DNA from: Eledone cirrhosa
Lineage: Eukaryota
Length of the DNA stretch: 64,000 nt
NCBI GenBank assembly: GCA_964016885.1
Contig: OZ024742.1
Span: 140,678,001-140,742,000, forward strand
Direction: 5' to 3'
The position numbers and the translations under genes were made by a program. Under the pieces are notes generated by a model. The model was not told the origin of the DNA and ran no database searches. It saw only the letters and a program-made list of their open reading frames with translations. Of the stretch, positions 1 through 12,218 are shown piece by piece; position 1 is the first letter of the stretch; each line of letters opens with the position of its first letter.

Positions 1-71
1 ATGTACTATACATACACTTTTTGATGAGTTGTAGTGCACCTGAGCACTGTACACAATATTTTCATTATTAT
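1..71 (+). mobile_element. 3' tail of a CR1-type LINE (same family as 13530-15388)
   Basis: Near identical to 15315-15388 (atgtactatacatacacttttgatgagttgtagtgcacct...ttcattattat), ending in an (ATT)n tail. Confidence 0.85.
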
Positions 72-381
72 CAAACTAGGACAATGCGAGTTAGTGGTGG
101 TGGTTGTAGGATTTAAGACATTTTACATCTGCTTTCCAAGCTGGCTTGGCCAAGTATTTATGGTATGAATCAGTTGTTATTTGTAGTTACTGCACTCCTA
201 GATGGGTTGGAAGATCATGTCTTGCTCATATGTTACATTTTTGGCACAGTTTCTAAGGCTGGATGCTCTTACTAAGCCCAATCACTTTACTTAGTGTACT
301 AGGTGCGTTTTATTGGGCACCAACAACTAAAGAGGTTATATCCTTGTTTGATTGGAACCTATAATTTTTCATTTTTTCCAG

Positions 382-485
382 AGGGCAACAGCTTGCCACA
401 CAGATGCAGCAACAGAATCCAGATTTAGTTGCACAGCTCCGCAGACAAGCTAATATTTTGAATGGAGGAGAACAGACTAATTCTG
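382..485 (+). CDS. SGT: SGT (small glutamine-rich TPR co-chaperone, SGTA/SGTB-like) penultimate coding exon
   Basis: ttttttccag acceptor and gtaagt donor. Encodes GQQLATQMQQQNPDLVAQLRRQANILNGGEQTNS, matching the recalled SGTA/B C-terminal Q-rich motif GQQFAQQMQQQNPELIEQLR. Confidence 0.88.
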
Positions 486-689
486 GTAAGTGTCTTAATA
501 ATTTCAATTCTATTGTAAAGAGATAAAAACAATTTATCAATGCTTTAAATGTTGAGATTAAGAGAAGTGTATTTTATTTATGTTTATAACCAGTTGGAAG
601 GGACGTAAGCAAATTAAAATATTGTTTGTATTTTAAGAATGTTTAATGTATAGAATTAAACTGGAAACTTGTTCTTTTTTGCCTACTTC

Positions 690-1290
690 TTCCTGGGAGG
701 GTCATGGGAACAGAGTCCTGTCGCACGCCATCCAGCAGGACCTGTCAGAAACGACTACCTCCAATTCATCTGACTGGATCCCCAAGTGAAATTAAGCCGA
801 ATTCAAAGATGTTATCCACCCAACTTGCTTGGGATCTACTCCTGGGTCTCCTGTCAGTTGGTTTGGCACGTAAAATCTGTCCAGTAATTCTTTTTTGAGA
901 CATTCTGATCACACGTCTGTAGTATCGAAGCTGTGATCTCTTAATTGAGACCTGGAGTGACTCTGATCTAACTATGCACTCTATTGAGTAACGTTACTCT
1001 AAAGACCTTTTGGAGGAACCCCATTTCAACCACTTGTATTTGTGATCATATTCTTTCAGTCATTACCCAAGATTCATGACCATAGGTAAGGGTTGGCATG
1101 AATACCAAATTGAAGATAGTGAGTTTGGCTTTTACACCTACTTCTGCTGACTGAATGTTGAGGTGATGTATTATTGCATCAGCTCCTGCAATTCTTGCAT
1201 TTAATTCAGTCTCCTCCCTTTCATCACTTGTGAAAACAGCCCTGAGATACTTGAACTTCTCCATTTGTTTCAGGGGAACTCCACTGTGCA
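690..1290 (-). mobile_element. Decayed RTE-clade LINE 3' fragment in the SGT intron
   Basis: ORF 1046-1264 (FKYL...ELNARIA...KLTIFN...PTLTYGHESWVMT) matches the post-RT region of RTE elements. Confidence 0.8.
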
Positions 1291-1555
1291 GGCTTCCTTG
1301 AGTTAGTGAATTTTGAATTTAATCTCATTGATTAGCCATCTCTTTATCTCTATAAAAATAATTAAGAATTTTTAGGAATTTAGTAATATAAGATCTTCAT
1401 TATTAAGCTGGTGCTTTGAACATAACTTAATAGTTTTTACATAAAATTATGATGGAAAGATTTTAGAAAAAAAATATTAACAGTTGGTTTAGTATTAATG
1501 GTTAAAATATAAATAAGGATTTAATTGATCTGGATATTGTTTTTATATATTGCAG

Positions 1556-1578
1556 AAGAAAGTGAAAACAAAGAGTGA
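1556..1578 (+). CDS. SGT: SGT last coding exon (EESENKE*)
   Basis: ttttatatattgcag acceptor. The phase-1 join G|AA continues the frame to TGA at 1576-1578, giving an acidic C-terminus as in SGT proteins. Confidence 0.72.
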
Positions 1579-1679
1579 CATTCCATGTATAAGGATCACT
1601 GATGCTGTAATGGTGTGTAGTCCATGTTTGACTGATGGAAGTACACTGTGCAAATTAGCTACTACAAACCAAACAGAAA

Positions 1680-1726
<47 letters not shown>

Positions 1727-2517
1727 ATAATAATAGAGGGACTCATAATGAATATAAATCTTTATAAATAGGACTACTTATAATGAATAAATCTTTATAA
1801 AGAAGTAATGGCCAAATCTGTACAGAATTTTGTAGCAAGTATTTCCTGTATTTCCATAGGAATGTTATTTCTATGCAATATCTCTATTGGTTGTACCTAA
1901 ACTAAAAATGTACCACTGTCGTGATATCATCAGCAGTACTTGATCATATATTCTAGAAATCCATCAATCAAGAGAATTTATACATAGCTGTGATTAAACA
2001 GAAAACCAGCTAGTGTGGATGTGCAATGTCTTCTTTCTCTCTAGCATTTCAAGTCTGCCCAAGCTGCATATTTTTTTTTCCAAGGAGTTTTAGCTGGTAT
2101 CTCAGCCATTTGCTGCTGTTATCTTCTCCATTTAATTTTTTTTTTTTTTTCTCATGACGATCATTGCACAAATTTCATACTAGTATATATCATCAAACCA
2201 GCCCCAAGGATCCATCTGCTTTTTTTTTTAGATAACATTTGTTGCCTCCACCCACTTCATGATGTGATAAACTTTTTTTTTAGACCTATTCTCTGTAGAC
2301 ATGTCAGCCAAAGAGTGTTTTTCATTATTTATTTTTTTTAGTTTCTATTCTGTATGTGGCTGTTTCTAGAACTGCTCTCTCTGTAGGCATACTAATCTGA
2401 GAATAGCCTTAGTTAATTTTTCATTTATCCCCCCTGCTCCCCTCACAAAAATAAAATCCAAACCATTTTTTAGTGAATTTAAAACAAAAGTTCTTGGCAT
2501 TTCATTGTTGAAATTTC

Positions 2518-2531
2518 TTTATTATAATAAA
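2518..2531. promoter_or_regulatory. Palindromic bidirectional poly(A) signal candidate TTTATTATAATAAA
   Basis: Perfect 14-bp palindrome with AATAAA on + (2526-2531) and on - (2523-2518), between the two convergent stop codons, with U-rich tracts downstream on both strands. Confidence 0.45.
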
Positions 2532-2632
2532 TAACACAGATGTAACAGATCTAATGAAATTGTTTTATTTCAATTAGTGTGCTACAAGTTAATGGAGCTG
2601 AAATATTTAAATAACTTCTATTATTGTCACCG

Positions 2633-2719
2633 TCATTCACAAACAAACACTTGAGCAATTTCATCATGTTCATATGTACGCTTGAGGAAATTATCAGTCA
2701 GTCGAAGGCCAGAAATTGT
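2633..2719 (-). CDS. TRAPPC13: TRAPPC13 last coding exon ([28 protein letters not shown])
   Basis: tttttactttcag acceptor, phase 0. Matches the recalled human C-terminus [29 protein letters not shown] at 2635-2633. Confidence 0.95.
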   Translation of the reverse strand, partial: TISGLRLTDNFLKRTYEHDEIAQVFVCE

Positions 2720-3045
2720 CTGAAAGTAAAAATGGAAAAAGTTAGACCATCAGTTTTACATCCACTTTTTGATACTAGTATGGCAGTATTTCTAAGGTCA
2801 GATGCACTTATCAATGTGGGACAAACCTCACTGTTTTAAACAGTCACACGTGGGTGTTTATAAATGCGATAGGCTTTTTTGCTCACCAAATTCATTCAGG
2901 GCATTGGTTGAAATGAAACTATAGTAGACAGCCAAAGGTACCAAACGTGGAAACTATGTAATTGTGAAATGATCTTCTTAATCATACAACCATGTTGGCA
3001 CTTATAAATGTGTGAATAAAGATTATAATATTATTGATAACAGAC

Positions 3046-3199
3046 CTGTAGACCAGGAGATGTAGCTATGACAGTAAGTGGAAGGTCTAAGCTATTGTTT
3101 TGTGGTAATTTTCCAAGCTGTTTACCAGATACTCCACACCAAAGAACTCCAGGTGAGTTATGGTTCTGTAGGATTAGAGCAAGATCCACTGTTCGTTCA
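3046..3199 (-). CDS. TRAPPC13: TRAPPC13 exon (ERTVDLALILQNHNSPGVLWCGVSGKQLGKLPQNNSLDLPLTVIATSPGLQ)
   Basis: 154 nt with cag/gtctgt boundaries. Contains the conserved WCG.SG.QLGKL motif; phases fit neighbouring exons. Confidence 0.95.
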
Positions 3200-3780
3200 C
3201 TGAAACAATACAAAACATCTTTATTATTTAGAATTAATAAAATACACTTTTTTTTTTTCTGGAGGTGGGGTAAAAGTAGTTAGTTGTGTGTAGGCTCCAT
3301 GACAGACTTTGTGCTCATCAATGGGGTCTTTTTTGAGGCAATGCTTTGTAGCTGGATGTCCTTCCTAAGAGCCAACCAGTTTTAATAGCTTTATTATGAC
3401 ACGAATGTGAACGTATTTGAAAGCAGGTCAGAGAAAATCTGTAGCACTGAAACATTTGTTATGTTTTTTGTCCCTTATGCTGCTGAAGAAAAAACGCTAT
3501 TATATTTTATGTAATAGTCCTGACCACAATATAGTTACGAAGGGACATAACTTTGCCTGACTAGAACAGATTTATTCCAACTTCATGAATGAGCAATTAA
3601 TGGAAGGATTAGTTGCTTCAAAACCACATCAATATATTTTAAACAAAATCCATTGCTTATGATTTTCAAATAATTTTGAAAATAACTTGTTCATTATTAA
3701 GCTGGTGTTAGGAAGATAAAAGGTTTTTAGATAAACAGATTTGTATTGTAAAAGCTGGGTTGATATTAGTATTAACTTAC

Positions 3781-3881
3781 CAACAATTTGTTATTCGGAA
3801 TGTAATAGTAAAGGTTGTTTCAATTGATACGGTATCTGGAATGGATTCCACAGTTAGACGAATGTCTCCATAACCAGGAGC
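3781..3881 (-). CDS. TRAPPC13: TRAPPC13 exon ([33 protein letters not shown])
   Basis: 101 nt, tttcag/gtaagt. Matches human APGYGDVRLSLEAIPDTV. Confidence 0.95.
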
Positions 3882-5289
3882 CTGAAAGTAAAAATATATA
3901 TATTCAATTTAATTACAGCAAATAAGAGAAGATCTTTAGAGATTATTATTATTGTGAATGGTAGAATTGGCGATGTGTTTGAAAAAATAGGCTGTGATAT
4001 AGTCCTGTTACTTAACATAGTTTAAATACCTGTTGCTTTTGTTAGTGTTTCTAATGAAAAATGCTACCTATAATTTTGAAAATAATTAAAAAATTAGAGG
4101 GATTTAGAAAAATAACATGCTCTTATTAAACTGGAGTTACATAAATTATGATGAAAGATTTTTAGTTAGTTAAGAAACTTTGTTAGGTTATGCTTCAAAC
4201 TCCTGTTTAATAATGGTTTCTGATTTAGGCACAAGGCCAACAATTCTGGGGGAGTGGAAAGTTGATCAAATTAACCCCAGTGCATAACTGGTACTTTATT
4301 TTATCAACACCATAAAGATGAAAGGCAAAGCTAACTTGGGTAGGATTTGAACTATATGCCGTAAAACATGTTGTCCGACGCTGTTTATTACCATATTCCA
4401 TTCAGAATATGGCAACAAAAAGGTTATTAAAAAATACAATAAGGTTTGTTTCAATAATGTCTCCAAATTTAAAACCGGTAAAATAATTTTATTGATAGAC
4501 TAGATAGTTTATTTGCCTAAAAATAATGACTGCTGTAACAGGATTATATACTATTTTGAGAACTTCCACCTTAATATTTTGGTGTGATAACTTGAATCTT
4601 ACATATTATAACGGTAATAATTGTCTGAAAGTATTTTTTTTATTGATAGTGTAAAGATAAAAATAAGAAATGGAACTATATTACGGAGGTTAAATTTCAT
4701 TTCAGATTATATTGTAATGTACAAAGGAAAGTCATTGAGCTGATTGAAACATTAACACCAGGTTCGCGTTTGGGTCTGAAATACAATTTAGAACCACTGA
4801 AAAAGTGAGTGTTGGTATAACCTACTGAATTGAAGCTGTATGAAAGTCAACATTAACGTACTTGGCCCAGTGCTTTCTAGTCTTGAGCAATGATTTCCTG
4901 TAACCCTCATCATAAGAATATTATCCTACTAACCAGTGGTTATCCTACTAACAACATACACAACAAGCATTTTATGGCTTTATGGTCCCCATGACAAGCT
5001 TCTCTATTTTGTTTCATTGCCTGTATCCCACTCTCAATATTTCCTTGCTACCCAACCAGTCATGTGGGTAATACAGAGATACCTTGCTGATATAGGAAGA
5101 TGTAGATTGATAGCATCCAGGAACCCTTGATGTCATATGTTATCACACTGAGACAGGCCTTTCAACTTGCCACAGAATGATGGCTCTTTCTTTCCACGAC
5201 ACCTCCAAGGGAACATGCAGCAGAGAGGTAAAAGAAAGAAAAACTCTTACAAAACAATAGCAGTTAAAAATTCACCTGAATAGACATGA

Positions 5290-5705
5290 AATTCTATTAG
5301 GACCAAACTAACTGGCAATATGCCATAATGCAAAAGATCCATCCACCAGTATAAGCACTGTTACACTAAAAGGTAAATGTGGTGATGGAACTCTCCAGCC
5401 TGGCCTAGCATGTGGTAGTGCTACAATAAAATGCACCCAGTACATACTGTAAAGTATTATTGTATGTATCATGATAGAATGCACCCAGTCCATTCTGTAA
5501 AGTGGTAATGCTGGTGTAACGAAAATAGGACCCAGCATGCTGTGTAAGGTGGTTGGAGTTAAGAAGGGCATCCAGCCATAGAAAACATGTTAAATATGGA
5601 ACATAATGATCAAGTTTGGTCATTCTAATCTATCAGGCCTCAGACTGTGACAACCTGTTCAATCCATGCCAATGTGGAAAGGGAATGTAAAATGATAATA
5701 GATGT
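5290..5705 (+). mobile_element. RTE-type 3'UTR fragment with ~40-bp subrepeats
   Basis: Repeated agtgctggtgcc..ataaaatgcacccagtacactgtaaag units, aggaagggcatccagcc motif and (GAT)n-like tail. The same family recurs at ~7590-7970, 9990-10230, 22800-23195, 35020-35370, 47130-47310, 48680-49070, 53915-54160, 60050-60250 and 62920-63160. Confidence 0.7.
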
Positions 5706-8159
5706 CATTCCAGATTTTCATTGGTTATTTTTTGCAGAGAATACAACTAACTGGTTTAAGATTTTTGATAAGTAATTGAAGAGCAAAGAATTTGACTTCA
5801 TTCAGTATATGATGGCAACAGGCTTACTGTTATATAGCTGATGTTGTATGCTGTAGCTATCTCTCACTTAAACCTAAAGTTGCAATATAGTAGAAAATAG
5901 GATTGTTTTGATATTCAACAGCATAGCATAGTCAATACAATCATTGGTTAAATATTAAGTGTTGCCGTTTACTTGGTGGGTGTGAGTTTAATTTCTGGAG
6001 TAGTCTATATATACTCTAGTTTAAGTGGAATGAGCAAGTGACATTGTAAATAATTGACTAATACAGGGAATGGACAACAAAATGAGAATAATCCTATTCC
6101 TGTGGTTTAAATAAAAGAGTTTAGCCCCAAATTCTGAATACAACAGACACTTGAAGAAAGTTGGAAGTGGGAATACAATAACTGAATTGTGATTATGTAA
6201 ACCAAAATGAGGACACTAGTCTGAATAAATCAGTGCATAATAATGACTTAAGAAATATTTAGATTAATGAATTTAGTGCTACAAACTAAAATTGACTTAA
6301 GAAAGCAATCACCTTTAGAAATGTTATGTTGCGAATTATATTTATTAAGAAATTACCTGTTACATGACCTGTAATTTGGGGAGTATACTTTTGGAATATT
6401 GGGCAACATCAGGTAAAATAATTATAATTTAATTTAAAAAAAAATTTCATGGTGCTTATACAAAATAATCAAATAAATACTAATTTAGAAAGTAAGAAGT
6501 TAATAACTTAAAATAAAATTAAATAAAGCGAATAAATGTTATATTTACTATGGCTGCATTTGGCTATAATGATTCATAACATTACTCAGACTTAAACACT
6601 ACAAATTAAAGAAAGCAGTGATTTGAGAAATGGAATATTCATTTTCCTATATATATATTTCATGAAAACATTACTCTGGGCAAATGCTATCAGCATTCAT
6701 ATTCATTTATAAGTTCCTATATATAACATCGTTGTTTTAACGTTTGCTTTCTCTGCTAGCAAGGATGTTTGTCTGTGTGTACCAGATTGTTATTTAATTC
6801 AGTGAGAATATTTTGGCATTCCAAGAATGATGGACAAACACAGATAATTATATCAATACTATTAACTCTCAAAAGAGATGATGTAGGATCGAGTTCTCTA
6901 GTGATGCACTATTCAGCAGATCACTCAACACTCCATACAGACAGGATGAAATAAACATGGAGAGGGCACCTCCCCCCACTCCTTTTGTCCCCATCCTGCA
7001 TACTCTCCCTCCACCTCATTATCTAAGTACCCCCACTCACTCACTCTATCCCTGTCTTCACCCCCCACTTCATTATCAAAGTATTCCACCCTAGTCCTCC
7101 GCCACTCACTTCCTCCATCCCACCTTACACATCCAACAACTCCTTCCAGCATAGAAATCCCCCCTCCCCACACCTTCAGCTCCTCCCACCTTCATCCCCC
7201 ATTCACCCATGTCAACAAAGATGGCTGCCTCCCTTCCTCATCCAACCTATATCAACATAGAAAGCAGGACATGCTCTATATTGTACTATGATAAAATGCT
7301 TTCGTTGGGGGTCTGGATAGACATCTAACCAGGAGAGGGGGGGGGGGGGCATACCAAAACAAAAATGGAAGGTATGAACTAAATGTGGTCTCCTGTCTGT
7401 CCTAGTCCTGAAGAATGACAGCCTGCCTGGCCCAGGCAAGCATGGGAAAGAGATATTTAACGATGATAAGGATGTAATCCACTCCTTCCCTTCGGCTTCC
7501 ACAGCCCTCATACACCTTTCCTGTCCAAACCATGCATATATGGAAAGCTGGACATGCTCCACACTTGCTCTCCCACAGTGCTTCTGCCATGACAAAAAGC
7601 ACCTAATTCACCTTGTAAGGGCATACAGTAGCCATGCTGAAAAGCACCCAGTCCACTCTGTAAGGTTGTTGTGCTAGTACCATGACAAAAAAGCTACTAG
7701 TCAACCCTATTATGTGGCTGTTCTGGTGCCTTGTTGAAAAGCATCCAGTCAACCCTGTAAAGTGTTAGTGATTGTGCTATGAAAAAAGCTCCCAGTACAT
7801 GCTGTAATGTAGTTGGTGTTAGGAAGGACATCCAGCCATAGAAATCAAGACAAAAACATCCATATAAGCAAGATGTGGTCACCTGACCTGGCTAGACTTA
7901 TAACATAACAACCCATTTAACTCATGCAAGCATAGAACATAGACATTAAACAGTGATGATGATGATGACATGGTAAAAATACTCTACAAACTGTGCAAGT
8001 TGTATTTTGTATTTTGTAACAACAGTTGAGCACAGATCTCAAAGCAAGTCAAAAACTTTAGATAAGACACTGAATTATGATGCTAATAAGAATATGAGGA
8101 ATCAATTCCAACAATTGAAATATAGTTTTCCTCATTCTGTTTTATAGCAATCACAACAA

Positions 8160-8840
8160 CAAGCATTATAAGGCCATTTCCCTGCTGAAACAGGAGTTAG
8201 CCTTGCAGGCCCCTTGAAAAGCTTCTCCATTTTGCTTTAGTGTCTGCATCTTTCACTCATCAACACCCTGGCTTTCATTTCCTCTTCCATCATCTTTAAT
8301 CATGTCTTTCTTGGTTTTCTCTTCTTCTCCCTTCCACATCCATTTCAATCACTTTTCTCATTTTCATCCTTCCTCAACACATAACTCAACCATTTCATTA
8401 CTAGCTCTGTTCCTCTCACAGTTACTTTCATTCTTTTTTAACACATAACTTGACCATTTCATTCCATTTCTCTTCACAACATTCATTACTAGCTCTGTTC
8501 CTCTCACAGTTACTTTCATTCTTTTTTAACACATAACTTGACCATTTCATTCCATTTCTCTTCACAACATTCATTACTAGCTCTGCTCCTTTCACACAGT
8601 TACTTTCATTCTTTTTAAACACATAACTTGACCATTTCATTCCATTTCTCTTCACAACATTCATTACTAGCTCTGCTCCTCTCACAGTTACTTTCATTCT
8701 TTTTAAACACATAACTTGACCATCTCATTCCATTTCTCTTCATATCATCCTCTGTAACTCGTTTCTTTTCTTCTCTCTGAGTTATATTCTATTCATCCTC
8801 TGAACCAGTCTCATTTCCCATCTTACCAGCTCCACATCAT
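8160..8840 (-). mobile_element. RTE C-terminal/3' fragment with internal tandem amplification
   Basis: Minus strand encodes a decayed RW..YV.R...GKRRRGKPRKTW motif. Related copies on + at ~19330-19710 and 29550-29890. Confidence 0.7.
8377..8742. repeat. Minisatellite, ~88-90-bp unit, ~4 copies
   Basis: ctagctctg anchor recurs at 8401, 8489, 8577 and 8667. Confidence 0.9.
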
Positions 8841-8896
8841 CATGTTCTAAAGCAATGATCAAATACTTACATTCCATAAATAAGAATTGAACTTAC

Positions 8897-9098
8897 CACT
8901 CTTTGTAGCTGACTGGTCTGTAGTCGGCCTCGTTCACCCATGTTTGTGCGCCAGGTGATATCAAGCTTGCCAATGTTAGTCACACCTTTTAAAACCTTAC
9001 TTTCAAGATAGGCTTCTGGTTTGGGAGTTAAGCAGTACAAATATTGCCTAGTATCAAGGGAATTTAGGTAGTTGACTTTACCAAACACTGGATAAACC
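8897..9098 (-). CDS. TRAPPC13: TRAPPC13 exon ([26 protein letters not shown]...[26 protein letters not shown])
   Basis: 202 nt, ttttacag/gtaagt. Contains the hallmark DTRQYLYCL and [21 protein letters not shown]. Confidence 0.97.
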
Positions 9099-10612
9099 CT
9101 GTAAAATAAACAGGTAAAAATAAATTAAGACAAGAAGTTTTAATATAAAAAAAAAAAGAAAAAAAGATTCAATAGTTTTAGGCAATAGTTTTAGGCATAT
9201 ATTAATTATCAATATCAGTTTCACATTAGTTCAGTTTGTACTGAAAACTAAGTTTTTTTTTTTTTTCAAAATACCATACTAATTTACATAATTACTCTAA
9301 ATGAATTATTTTCTAATCAGTAACTCTATTGCTTCAGGAGCATACAATATTCTTAGTTGATTTTTTTTTGTCTGTAGCTAAATAGCCCAAATTTCAGAAA
9401 GTGTAATCTAATCTATGACCTTCTTTAGGAAAAGTTGTGTCATCATACAAAATTTTCACATCTGTGTCTACAACATGGAACATATATATATACATAGAAT
9501 TTTTTTTCTTCTACTGTTTAGTTAGAGGGGGAAGGATAATATCCATAGTTTTTGGAGGCCTCACAGATTGGTGGGAGGGCAGCTGGAAAGTATTCTCAAA
9601 CTGAAAATCTGGCTTGAATGTTTACATGCATATGCACGGATGCATCCTCCTCTTCCTTTTACATCTGTTTTTTTCCATGCTTGCATGAGTTCGACAGGGA
9701 TTTTCCAACACAGCTTTCCTCCACTTGCATTCCTTTGTCATTTCTTGTGACGTTCAGCTATTTGGGAGCAGCTCTCACCACACATGCTCATGTATTCTGT
9801 GACTTTCTTCTATTGTAGTTTCCTTCCACTGGAATCTCTTGGTATTTCTTTACCCAATGATTATCATTCATATACATTACATATCCATACCAGCACAATT
9901 GTCTTTCTTGCACACTATCTTTTCCCTTTTAAAATCAATTTTTCTTTGAGTTTATCCATGCTTCACTGTTCATACACATTAACATCACACATATAATGAC
10001 AAAAAGCACCCAATCCATCCTATAAAGTGGTAGTATTGGTGCCACAATAACATTCTTTTGGTAAATGCTGTGAAGTGGTTAGGGATAGGAAGAGTATTGA
10101 GCCATAGAAACTAAGCTAAAAACAGAAAGTATGAGCAAGATGTTGTCACTTGGCCAATCAAGCTTCAAAACATAGCAACTTGATTACCCATGCAGCCATG
10201 GAAAGTAGACATTAACAGTAATTATGATGATGTGAAATTGAGGTTAAAAATAGAAAAATGTAGAAAAAACAATACAAATATAATACTTGAATGACAGAAT
10301 TAGTGTCATGGATTAAAACAACAACACAGGTAGACAAGATAATTAGAAATATGATCATTGGATAAAATTACAGATACCTATAATAATGTTGTCAGAAGAG
10401 CCATAAATTTACACTTCTAGACAGATGAATATTAATTAGCTTCTCACTTAATCAGAATCATCAATAACTACAGCCTTGATGACAGCAAATATACAGTCAC
10501 CAAGGTTAATACTAATGCAACATGCAATAAAGTAAAATAAATAAATAAAATATCTTCTGCATAACAAACAATAGTTAAGTTAATGTTAAGATATTTAATG
10601 TATTGGTCATTG

Positions 10613-10848
10613 TTACTCCTTTTATTACCATATTTCTAATGAAAGACACTGCCTATATTTTGAAAAGAACCAATAATGTTGAGGCATTTAGTAAAATTAG
10701 TAAGTTGATCTTTGGAACAAACTTAAAATAAGTACTTAATTAAAATTATGATGGAACGTTTTTTTAAATAAATATAAGTACTTTAAAACAAACAGTTTTA
10801 TGTCAGAATCAGGGGCAGGTTCAGGTAGTTTGGTATTGAAAGGGTTAA
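10613..10848 (+). mobile_element. piggyBac-like AT-rich MITE (representative of an abundant family)
   Basis: Ends resemble TTAA|CCCTTT..TTACCA ... TGGTAT..AAAGGG|TTAA. Related copies at ~11820-12015, 12870-13078, 15680-16093, 17850-18070, 25800-26204, 41640-41965, 49770-50330, 51980-52222, 57440-57670, 57890-58133 and 59385-59690. Confidence 0.65.
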
Positions 10849-10899
10849 AAAGTAACAAGAAATAATTCTATAGAGAGGAAAAAATGACATTAGCCAATG

Positions 10900-11760
10900 A
10901 CTAATATTGTTGGAAGCTCCTATACACCTTCTGCAGTACCCCTGCTATAGTCAAACATCTCTCATCACAGATCTCGATGTCTGCATCCGACAGGCTGCTG
11001 AGGAGATATGCAACATCTGATTTGATGGCAACAGGCCACCTTACCCATCTCACATGGTAGCCTCGGTCTTTGGTCCCTAGTCTCGCTGGCCCTAACAGCT
11101 TTTCTTTTGTTGGTGTTCTCATCAACTAAGTTCTCCACAACACAACTGAAGCTACTGTGATTGGGGAACCTGAGGTGACCTACGTGACATGGAACCAGCT
11201 CAGCCTCTGCTCTGTGAACATCCATCCTCTTCACCCCTCCATAGATGTCCAGTCCTCCCAAATCAAGTCAGACACAATCCAGTACAACATGATCTCAAAC
11301 AGGCTGGTGCACTGGCTCCACTATCTGCTATTTTCACTTGGCCTTCCAGCCCCACAGTGGTGCCTGGCTCAACGCAGTACCATCACATGCAACTGGCACT
11401 CAGCTGGACAGCGACTTCTTGCACATCAGTGTTTCCCTGAGGCTTGGACTCTGGATTTTTTTTTTTTATGAGCCTCACAAAAGTCACTGCAGTTCCACTG
11501 TAGATTCTTATGATTTCCACCCACTGTCATGCCATTATAGTGCTGACCACTACCCATGCCATGTTAATCTCAATGAGATCATAAAGCATGGCCTGGACAG
11601 TGAAGGCTTCCCTTCTCTTCCCCTGTAGCAGTGGAGATTTCCAGTGTTCTTGGCCCCCAGATCATATTCCTTGCCATCCTCTGGGGCAATGATTTCTATA
11701 TTCTGTCAGCTGGAACCATGAGGTGGACGGTATATTTTGGTAGGAGTATGGTGGCAGTCT
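10900..11760 (-). mobile_element. GC-richer decayed non-LTR retrotransposon remnant (possibly L1/Tx1-like C-terminus)
   Basis: Composition shift, broken ORFs and a DHVVLDC stretch reminiscent of a LINE zinc knuckle. Clade assignment is weak. Confidence 0.35.
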
Positions 11761-12087
11761 TCTGAGGTAAGGATTAATAATGCTGACACACATACACACT
11801 TCCTCCATTTATTTGATCAGCTCAGACATCCTTTTTATATCAATCCACCTGAAATTGGCTCTGGTTTTAGGAACCTTTTGTTAAGTAATGTACCCAACAT
11901 TAGCTTAATAATAAATAAGTTAAGCTACGTTACTAAATTCATTAAAATTCTTCTTTATTTTCAAAATAACTTTAAATATGCATTTCATTACAAATATGAT
12001 AACAAGAGGGTTAAATTTGGTGGTAAGGGAGAGAATAAGATGGAGGAGTACAACAGCAACAAGATGTATTATTTGTGATCTACTTAC

Positions 12088-12218
12088 TTGTCTTGTTCTT
12101 CTATGTCATTCATTTTGGTGACTGAATAAGATACCGATGGTTCTAAACTGACATGGTCCATGAATATTGGACCTGGGGTTATATTTTGGATCTGGGCTTC
12201 TAAATAAACTTCATCAGA
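12088..12218 (-). CDS. TRAPPC13: TRAPPC13 exon ([43 protein letters not shown])
   Basis: 131 nt, ttttttcag/gtaagt. Matches human [27 protein letters not shown]. Confidence 0.97.
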
